DNA of 64,000 nucleotides from Piedraia hortae CBS 480.64 (Eukaryota): NCBI GenBank assembly GCA_010093745.1, contig MU005985.1, positions 124,001 to 188,000 of the forward strand, read 5' to 3'. Shown piece by piece: positions 55,811 to 64,000 of this stretch (position 1 is its first letter; each line of letters starts with the position of its first letter). The notes under the pieces were generated by a model. It saw only the letters and a program-made list of their open reading frames with translations, ran no database searches and was not told where the DNA came from. The position numbers and the translations under genes were made by a program.

Positions 55811-58487
55811 ATGGCGGCCTCCAAGGACAGTTTGTTCCGCTCGGCGGACATGACGCTGACGCAGCTCTTCGTGGCCAACGAAATCGGGCGCGAGGTTGTC
55901 TCTGCGCTTGGCGAGCTCGGCGTTATGCAGTTTCGCGATGTATGTACTAGCCATCCTTGCTGGCATCTCTCTGACAGGTAACAGTTAAACCCCGAAACGA
56001 CGGCCTTCCAGCGCAACTTCACGCAAGAGATCCGACGACTGGACAATGTGGAGCGGCAGCTCAACTTCTTCCGGCAGGAGATTGAAAAGGAAGGAATCGG
56101 CATGCGGCCCATGTGGGAGTTTGTGGATAACACGGCTGCGCCGTCTGCATCGGAGATCGACGAGCTCGCCGACAGGAGTCAGAGCCTTGAGCAGCGCGTT
56201 CGGAGCCTCAATGAGAGTTACGAGACGCTGAAGAAGCGCGAGATGGAGCTCGCGGAATGGCGCTGGGTTCTGCGTGAGGCGGGAGGCTTCTTTGACCGGG
56301 CGAGAGGTCAGACGGATGAGATTAGACAGAGCATCGACTCGTCTGACGATGCGCCGTTGCTAAGGGATATGGAGGGTGCGCATACCGGTAACGATGCCGG
56401 ACAGCAGAGCTTCAGCGTCATGAACATTGGGTTCGTGGCTGGCGCTATTCCTCGCGAGCGCATGGCTGTATTCGAGCGTATCCTCTGGCGGACGCTGCGG
56501 GGGAATCTCTATATGAATCAGGCGGAGATTCCGGATCCTGTGATCGATCCCGAGAAGAATGAGGAGGTGCATAAGAATGTTTTCGTCATATTTGCTCATG
56601 GAAAGGAGATTATTGCGAAGATTAGAAAGATCTCGGAGAGTCTCGGGGCGTCGATTTACAATGTTGATGAGAACTCAGATTTGAGGCGCGATCAGATTCA
56701 GGAAGTCAATTCGCGTCTGCAGGATTTGTCGAGCGTGTTGAGCAATACCAAGAGGACGTTGGATGCGGAGCTGACGCAGATTGGGCGCTCGCTTGCCGCG
56801 TGGATGATTGTTATCAAGAAGGCGAAGTCGGTTTATCAGACGTTGAATCGGTTCTCGTATGATCCGGCTAGGAAGACGCTCGTGGCGGAGGCTTGGTGTC
56901 CTACTAACAGTCTGGGATTGATCAAGTCGACGTTGCAGGATGTAAATGACCGAGCCGGACTCTCGGTGCCGACGATTGTCAATCAGATCAAGACGTCGCG
57001 AACGCCGCCGACGTATAACAAGACGAATAAGTTTACTCTGGGGTTTCAGACCATCATTGATGCCTACGGCACGGCAAAGTACCAGGAGGTCAACCCGGGG
57101 CTGTACACCATTGTTACCTTCCCATTCTTGTTTGCAGTCATGTTTGGGGATTTTGGACACGGCTGCATCATGGCAATGGCTGCCCTGGCAATGATTTACT
57201 GGGAAAAGCCCCTCCAGCGCGGGAAACAGGACGAACTATTCGGCATGGCTTTTTACGGGAGATATATCATGTTGATGATGGGCATCTTCTCCATGTACAC
57301 CGGCCTCATCTACTGCGATGCTTTCTCCAAAGAGCTCAGTCTCTTCCCAAGCATGTGGGAGTGGAAGTTTCCCCAGGGATATGAGCCAGGCAAGGGCATG
57401 ACTGTCCGAGCCGAGCGAGTCTCGGGGTATACGTATCCCTTTGGCTTGGACTGGAGGTGGCACGACACTGATAATGATTTGCTCTTCAGCAACAGCTACA
57501 AGATGAAGCTTTCGATCATCCTCGGCTGGGCTCATATGACCTACTCTCTGATTTGGTCGTATGTTAATGCCAAGCACTTTCGCTCGCCGATTGATATCTT
57601 TGGAAACTTCATCCCGGGCATGATATTCTTCCAGAGCATCTTTGGATATCTGGTGTTTACGATCGTCTACAAATGGTGCATTGACTGGACGGCACCAGGG
57701 GCGGGCCAGCCGCCTTCGTTGCTGAATATGCTCATCTACATGTTTTTGCAGCCCGGGACGGTGGAAGAGCCGCTCTACTCGGGTCAAGGTTTCATTCAGG
57801 TTGTTTTGGTCCTGGCGGCCATCGTTCAGGTGCCGGTTCTGCTCTTCCTGAAGCCGTTTTATCTAAGGTGGGAACATAACCGTGCGAGGGCAAAGGGGTA
57901 TCGTGGCATAGGGGAAACGACCACCATCTCCGCACTCGATGAGGGCGACGAAGAGGCTGCCGAGAATGGACGTCCGTCGTTTGCAGACAGTGAAATGGAC
58001 GGCGGTGCGATGATTACGCAGGACATTGACGCCGGGGAGCACGAGGAGTTTGAGTTTTCTGAAGTCATGATTCATCAGGTTATTCATACTATTGGTGAGT
58101 TTGACGGGATGGATGCGTGGGGCGTTGCTGACCAGGACAGAATTCTGCCTCAATTGTGTTTCTCACACGGCTTCATATCTACGACTCTGGGCTTTGTCAC
58201 TTGCCCACCAGCAGCTTTCTATCGTGCTGTGGAGCATGACACTGAAGAACTGCTTTGCTTTTACCGGTGTCCTCGGCATCTTTGCCGCGTTTGCTGGATT
58301 TGGACTGTGGTTCATTCTTACAGTGGCAGTCTTGGTTGTGATGGAAGGGACGAGTGCAATGTTGCACTCTCTGCGATTGCATTGGGTGGAGGCGATGAGC
58401 AAGCACTTCATCGGTGACGGGGTGCCATTTGAGCCGTTTAGCTTTGAAGTGCTCATGGGCGAGGAGATGAATGAGTTTATGGGTTAG
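55811..58487 (+). CDS. VPH1: V-ATPase V0 subunit a, 3 exons (55811-55939, 55985-58094, 58141-58487; 861 aa)
   Basis: [60 protein letters not shown]. Introns 55940-55984 and 58095-58140. Confidence 0.97.
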
Positions 58488-58497
58488 TTTTAGGCAA

Positions 58498-58545
58498 GTG
58501 TAAGTTTATCCAGGTGTAAATTTATCCAGGTGTAAATTTATCCAG
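58498..58545 (+). repeat. 16-bp tandem repeat x3 (GTGTAARTTTATCCAG) just after the VPH1 stop
   Basis: Read directly from sequence. Confidence 0.95.
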
Positions 58546-58614
58546 CGGGCGGGCCGATCCCGTGACAGCTCAGCTTCGACACCCCCATGGCAGAGCTCTC
58601 CGTTATCGAAGCAA

Positions 58615-60300
58615 ATGGCAGACGCTCAGAGTCAGCGAGAAGCGGAGATTGTAGACCGGCACCTGCCGGAAGGCTACTCAGCCGAGACGGTGCAATATCC
58701 CGGCCGGGAAACCAGCCAAGACGATACCGATGTCGACGAAGGAGAATCCTCTCTAACCCTCCAAGGCGGCGACATTCACCGCGACATTTTCAAGATCAAA
58801 GCCCGCGCCAACGCTCCCAAACGAGCAAACACTTTTACGGCTTCGACATCAGTCGAAGACGGGACATATGTACCCTACAGCGAGCAGCAACAACCCGGCG
58901 GCCTCCGCCGCCAATTCATGGCCCAAAGAGCCTTCCAGGCCCAGCAAAACATCCCCGAATTCATCACCAAAAACTTTGTCAACTTCCTCGAAATCTACGG
59001 CACATTTGCAGGTGAAGACCTCCTCGATGAAGACGACGATGAAACAGCCAGCGAAGCAGGCTCCGTCTCAGAACGCCGCCCATTACTCCCTCGGCGCCCA
59101 ACCCGTCGACAAAAACTCGCCGGCGACGCAGGCACCACCAAAACCTTCTTCACCCTCCTCAAAGCCTTCATCGGCACGGGAATAATGTTCTTACCCAAAG
59201 CTTTCCGCAACGGCGGGATCCTCTTCTCTTCAATCACCCTAATCGCGGTTGCGATGATAACAACCCTCTGCTTCCGCCTCCTCTTATCCTGCCGCAAGAA
59301 GTGCGGACACGGAGGCTACGGCGAGCTCGGCGAAGCGATCATTGGCCCCCACTTGCGGTCCTTGATCCTGTTTTCCATCGTCCTCTCCCAGCTCGGATTT
59401 GTCTGCGCGGGGTTAATCTTCACAGCCGAAAACCTCCGCTCCTTTGCCGACGCAGTCTCCCATCATCACTCCCTCACGGTCAACCAGTTAATCCTAATCC
59501 AATTCCTAATCCTCATCCCACTGGGCCTAATCCGTAACATCTCCAAACTCGGGCCCTTGGCCCTTATAGCAGACGCATTCATCCTGATCGGATTGATATA
59601 CATCTGGTACTTCGACCTCCTCACCTTGAGTAGGGTCGGCCTCTCCCCCAGCGTGGAACTCTTCAACCCCTCCTCCTTCCCCCTCACAATCGGCTCCTCG
59701 ATCTTCACATTCGAAGGGATTGGCCTAATTCTCCCAATCCAAAGCAGCATGCGCCGCCCCGAAAAGTTCTCTTCTCTCCTCTCCCTCGTCATGGTAATCA
59801 TCACAGCGATTTTCACATCCGTGGGGGTCCTCTGCTACGCGACGTTTGGGGAGGACACTAAAATACAGATCATATCAAATTTTCCGCAAAACTCGCACCT
59901 CGTGAACTCGGTTCAGTTTTTGTACTCCCTGGCCATCCTGGTTGGTGAGCCGGTGCAGTTTTTTCCGGCGGTGAGGATCCTTGAGACGTCGCTTTTTGGG
60001 GAAAATGCCACGGGAAAGAGGTCTGTGAAGATTAAGTGGTGGAAGAATGGGGTTAGGGTGGTGATGTTGGGTTGCTGTGCGGTCGTGGCGGTCATTGGGG
60101 CGTCGGATCTCGATAAGTTTGTGGCGCTGATTGGGAGTTTTGCGTGCGTTCCGCTGGTGTATGTTTACCCGCCGTGGCTGCATCTGAGGGGTGTGGCGGA
60201 AAGGGAGTGGGAGAGGATGGTTGATTATGCGTTGATTGGGATGGGGGTGGTGGCGATGGGGTTTACGTCCGTTGTGACGGTTGTGCAGTGGGTTCGGTAG
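58615..60300 (+). CDS. AVT3: Vacuolar amino acid transporter (AVT3/AVT4 family)
   Basis: LQGGDIHRDI, FLEIYGTFAGEDL, LLKAFIGTGIMFLPKAF.NGG, IFTFEGIGLILPIQ, DLDKFVALIGSFACVPL. Confidence 0.92.
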   Translation: MADAQSQREAEIVDRHLPEGYSAETVQYPGRETSQDDTDVDEGESSLTLQGGDIHRDIFKIKARANAPKRANTFTASTSVEDGTYVPYSEQQQPGGLRRQFMAQRAFQAQQNIPEFITKNFVNFLEIYGTFAGEDLLDEDDDETASEAGSVSERRPLLPRRPTRRQKLAGDAGTTKTFFTLLKAFIGTGIMFLPKAFRNGGILFSSITLIAVAMITTLCFRLLLSCRKKCGHGGYGELGEAIIGPHLRSLILFSIVLSQLGFVCAGLIFTAENLRSFADAVSHHHSLTVNQLILIQFLILIPLGLIRNISKLGPLALIADAFILIGLIYIWYFDLLTLSRVGLSPSVELFNPSSFPLTIGSSIFTFEGIGLILPIQSSMRRPEKFSSLLSLVMVIITAIFTSVGVLCYATFGEDTKIQIISNFPQNSHLVNSVQFLYSLAILVGEPVQFFPAVRILETSLFGENATGKRSVKIKWWKNGVRVVMLGCCAVVAVIGASDLDKFVALIGSFACVPLVYVYPPWLHLRGVAEREWERMVDYALIGMGVVAMGFTSVVTVVQWVR

Positions 60301-60425
60301 GGGATATCATCATGATAGGGACGAAGTAGGGAAGGGCTAAATTGCCCGATGGGGATGGGAATGGCAGCATGAAGTAGATATTGGAAGTTTCAGAAGGTAG
60401 AGATTACGAGAGACGATGTTGTCTT

Positions 60426-61016
60426 TTAGCCAAGTGTTCTTCCCCTCCCCCGAGCTAGACTCCCCTGGCCCTGCCTCTGGACTGCGAATGGACATTCGGC
60501 TGCTGCTGCGCGTGGTTCGAGGCTGAATAGAGTCCAGAGATAGAGGCCTATGAAGCGGACGAGTGTTGATGGGGATGCCGTAGGAGTACTCCAGCGCGGA
60601 GCCTGCCTAGCAGCATTTTGCGATGTGCCCGAGCCGAGCGTTCTTCCCTTCCCCACGAACCCAGGCGGACCCTTCTTCTCTGCTAACTTCCTCGTCCTCT
60701 CAACCAGACTCTTCAAAGCAGAGGGATCCGCGCCGCGAATGGTATCTAGTGTTTTGCTCTCTCCCTCGAGAGCGATAAAAGTAGGCATGGCGGAGACGGA
60801 GAAGCGCTGGGCAATGTCGCGGTTGTTGTCGGTGTCAATTTTGGCGAATGCGAGGAGGTGGGGGACGGTATTGCTTGAGCTGAGGGATGCGTATATGGGG
60901 GAGATGGATTTGCAGGGTCCGCACCAGGAGGCGGTAAAGTAGAGGATCGTGTATGCGTTTGACCGGGTGATGGTGCTGAGTTGGCTGGAGGAGGTGATTT
61001 CGAGTGGGGGGGCCAT
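60426..61016 (-). CDS. Thioredoxin-domain protein with C-terminal hydrophobic extension
   Basis: FTASWCGPCKSISP, VSAMPTF; tail VRFIGLYLWTLFSL and duplicated GRTLG. Confidence 0.9.
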   Translation of the reverse strand: MAPPLEITSSSQLSTITRSNAYTILYFTASWCGPCKSISPIYASLSSSNTVPHLLAFAKIDTDNNRDIAQRFSVSAMPTFIALEGESKTLDTIRGADPSALKSLVERTRKLAEKKGPPGFVGKGRTLGSGTSQNAARQAPRWSTPTASPSTLVRFIGLYLWTLFSLEPRAAAAECPFAVQRQGQGSLARGRGRTLG

Positions 61017-61048
61017 GGTTGCTTTGCGTCTGGTGTGAGCTAGGTGGT

Positions 61049-61093
<45 letters not shown>
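61049..61093. repeat. (TTG)n microsatellite in the divergent promoter
   Basis: Read directly from sequence. Confidence 0.95.
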
Positions 61094-61094
<1 letters not shown>

Positions 61095-61492
61095 GGTGGT
61101 GGTGGTGGTGTTGTTGACAGGTGGAGCACCGGGACGGACCGAGAGATCGCAATGGCGTGGAACGAGATGATTTCAGTTCAGTTGGTGATATGTACGCTCG
61201 TGGACGATGTGTCACAGTTTGATGACAATGACGCGCGGTGAATGGGATTGAAGTTGACACCGCAGCTGTCCCTGATTTGCACCGTTGTGGCTTCGGGATT
61301 TCCTCGGGGTGGCTGGCTCCAGCTGGACCCTTATCAAATGTCAAGTCTGACGACACTGAGGGGTATTACACCCCCACTTCTGCACGGGACGGCCCGATTT
61401 GGCACATACGTTCGAAGCGCACAGCTTTTCATCTCTTCTCCTTTACACTCTCTCTTCCTCTGTCCCAAAACACCACAACACATACTCCACGC

Positions 61493-61494
<2 letters not shown>

Positions 61495-61539
<45 letters not shown>
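61495..61539. repeat. (CA)n microsatellite upstream of the HAD gene
   Basis: Read directly from sequence. Confidence 0.95.
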
Positions 61540-61543
<4 letters not shown>

Positions 61544-61561
61544 ACTCTTACCGCTACCACA

Positions 61562-62357
61562 ATGGGGAAGGTATGTATTCTGGCAACTATCACGTCACCC
61601 CGCTTCTGACATTTGACAGGTTCAGTACATCTTGCTTGACTGCGACAACACCTTGTGCCAGTCTGAGCGTCTGGCCTTTGAGGCCTGCGCTGATTTGACG
61701 AATCAAGTGCTCGAGAAGAAGAATGTCTCTGCCCGTTATGATACGGACTCCTTGCTCGAGGACTTTGTCGGGCACAATTTCCGCAACATGCTCATCGGGT
61801 TGCAGAAAAAGCACAACTTTACCATGACGCAGGAGGAAGTCGATGACTATGTCGGACGCGAGCTCGCTACTGTCACTAACAAGCTTGCCGAGAAGTGTGT
61901 CGAGTGCCCTGGAGTTACCCAACAGCTTGAGTGGGCCAAGGCCCAGGGTTACCGCATGGCCGTGGTGTCGACGTCTGCCAAGCCCCGCGTCGTGGCCTCG
62001 CTCAAGAAGACGAACCTGCTCCGCTTTTTCGGCGAGGACCTTGTTTACTCCGCTGCTACCTCGTTGAACCCCCCCTCTTCCAAGCCGGATCCGGCTATCT
62101 ACATCCATGCCTGCAAGGAATTGGGCGTCAAGCCCGAGGAGTGCCTCACTGTCGAGGATTCCAAATCTGGCGCCACCGCCGGCATGCGTGCCAACATTCC
62201 CTTGATTGCCTACGTCGGCATCTACGGCATCGAAGAGGGAAAGAAGAAGGAGCAGGAAATGGCTGACCTTCTTACAAAGGAGTGCAAAGCTAAAGTGGTG
62301 ATGTACGACTGGAAGGAGTTTCCGGCGTGTGTCAAGAAGATTGAGGAATCGTTGTAG
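61562..62357 (+). CDS. HAD-superfamily hydrolase (CbbY/beta-PGM-like), 2 exons (61562-61570, 61620-62357; 248 aa)
   Basis: MGK^VQYILLDCDNTL (motif I), AVVSTS, SKPDPAIY, VEDSKSG. Intron 61571-61619. Confidence 0.9.
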
Positions 62358-62442
62358 AGAGGTGAACTGAAGGGTTGACAGCACGATGATGTAAATAGAA
62401 ACGCACGTTTGGCCCACGTGACATTTTGACATTACTTTGACA

Positions 62443-62937
62443 ATGTAGGACTTGAAGCAAGTAGCCGATTGGAGCTGACTGGACAGGACCGTGTTCTCGC
62501 TGCTGATAATCAACAAGGCGGGCGGACTGATATACCAGCGAACGTTTTCGCCGGGACTGCAGAACCTCAACTCCAACGATTATCTGGTATTGGCGGGCAC
62601 ATTTCACGGCATCCATGCGATATCACGCACAATTAATCCCGTTCCGGAGCCGCCTCTGCCAAATCCAGTTCCGCCGGGAGTCCGTCGTCGTCCTTTAACC
62701 ACAGGCATTGAGAGTCTGTCATCATCGCACTTTCGTCTGACGTGTTTCCAGACAGCCACCGGAGTCAAATTCCTACTATTCACCAGTCCCGAGCAAGCCA
62801 ACACTGAAACGATCATCCACCGCTGCTACGAAATATACGGCGACTACGTGGTCAAGAATCCGTTTTACAGTCTGGAGATGCCGATCCGCGTGGAGAAGTT
62901 TGACCGCGCGCTGGCACAATATCTCCATCGTCCTTAA
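62443..62937 (+). CDS. TRS23: TRAPP subunit Trs23 (sybindin family), 2 exons (62443-62444, 62487-62937; 150 aa)
   Basis: VFSLLIINKAGGLIY, SNDYLVLAGTFHGIHAI, FQTATGVKF, YGDYVVKNPFYSLEMPIR. ATG formed by splicing AT|G across intron 62445-62486. Confidence 0.9.
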
Positions 62938-63027
62938 GCCATTCAGACAGCTAACTAGCCATACACCTAATTCATGCCATCCCATCCCATCCCGTCAGGG
63001 ATCCCTTTCCCCCCTTCTCTGAAAACT

Positions 63028-63927
63028 CTACTTCTTCATCTTACTATAATCCTTCAACACCCCAGACAGATGAACATTCGTCCTCTTCCCGTTCTTCCAC
63101 TCGACCCTCTTTCTCGGCTTCTTCTTCTCCTTCTGCACAATCACTTCTTTAACCGCACTCGTCGGCGTCAAACCGGCATTAACCAACTCCTCCCTCATCA
63201 ACGCCTCATCGGTCGGCAATTTAACCCTCATCCACGCCTCCACAAACTCCGTATCCGCCCTCCTCACCCCATCCAAATAATACCCCGGCTCATCCCGCCA
63301 AATCACTCTTGGCGAATTATCCTTCTTATGCCTCAACATCAGCACCCTCCCCTCTCCCTCCAACCTCTCCAGCACGGGAACGCAATCCTCCCACCCATCC
63401 TTCAAATCCTTAACCGTAACGCCGGCTGCGGTCTCCAGGGTCGGGAGATAAGCCAACAACTCCGCCTCATTCCTAACCGGATGGATGGGTTTATATTCGA
63501 ATAAATCCCCTTCGCGCTCTTTTTTGTTTTTGGGAGAAGCGGAAAGACCTGCTTCGCGGAAGGCGGGGGAGGGGGTATAGATTACGCGACTGTTTGCGGC
63601 GATGGCTTTGTGTAACAGGTATTCACGCGCCAGGACGTCGTGCGAGAGGGAGAGGTATTCGATCAACCGCGCGTAGGTGACGGATGTGCCGTTGTGTTTT
63701 TTTAGGTACTCTAGAATCTGGTTGGAGTGCCGGAGGAGGTTGAGGTCTGTTATTGGGCGGGCGGGGGGTTTGGTGAGAGGGCGGGTGGTGGTTGGTTTGA
63801 GGGGGGTAGGGCGGCTAACGCCGCTGCTGGTGCTGGGTTGGACAGGCCGCGAGTGGGAAATGTTGCGCGAGACGGTCGCGGAGCGCTCGGCTTGGAATTG
63901 AGAGAGGGAGGTGCTGAGGTTGGGCAT
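63028..63927 (-). CDS. TFA2: Transcription initiation factor TFIIE beta subunit
   Basis: ILEYLKK, FEYKPIHPVRNEAELL, GVTVKDLKDGW, LEGEGRVLMLR.KKDNSPRVIW, TNVHL.GVLKDYS. Confidence 0.92.
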   Translation of the reverse strand: MPNLSTSLSQFQAERSATVSRNISHSRPVQPSTSSGVSRPTPLKPTTTRPLTKPPARPITDLNLLRHSNQILEYLKKHNGTSVTYARLIEYLSLSHDVLAREYLLHKAIAANSRVIYTPSPAFREAGLSASPKNKKEREGDLFEYKPIHPVRNEAELLAYLPTLETAAGVTVKDLKDGWEDCVPVLERLEGEGRVLMLRHKKDNSPRVIWRDEPGYYLDGVRRADTEFVEAWMRVKLPTDEALMREELVNAGLTPTSAVKEVIVQKEKKKPRKRVEWKNGKRTNVHLSGVLKDYSKMKK

Positions 63928-64000
63928 GATGGTCCTCTTGGGGTAGGGTTGCTTCGCTGGGGTGGTGGATGATTCTTGCTGTGTGCGATTGTAGCGTCGC

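Overview
Eukaryotic, not prokaryotic. This is a gene-dense filamentous ascomycete (Pezizomycotina) window with short GT-AG introns carrying CTRAC/CTAAT branch points, so the six-frame ORF track splits many genes. I rebuilt about 30 protein genes, and the spliced models sum to whole codons. Most are housekeeping: LEU2, DnaJ, dynactin p27, SCT1/GPT2, POT1, VCX1, nuclear ATP9, SAP, VPH1, AVT3, TRS23, TFA2 and others. There are two gene-poor zones (about 9.3-14.6 kb, unidentified; about 36.6-42.8 kb, decayed Ty3/Gypsy copies) plus an integrase-like remnant at the left edge. The standout is a tandem array of four divergent paralogous small secreted proteins at 19.9-24.5 kb. They share six aligned cysteines and an identically placed phase-1 intron, and their motifs resemble beta/gamma-crystallin Greek keys. 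I do not recognise the family, so it is a candidate novel effector or antimicrobial cluster. Other oddities: a SAP gene with an in-frame second C-terminus behind a single TGA, an aldo-keto reductase intron ending in AT rather than AG at the catalytic Asp, a start codon split by an intron (TRS23), a stand-alone SRA/YDG protein, and a strong C-to-G skew switch along genes. All assignments come from motif recognition by eye; no searches were run.
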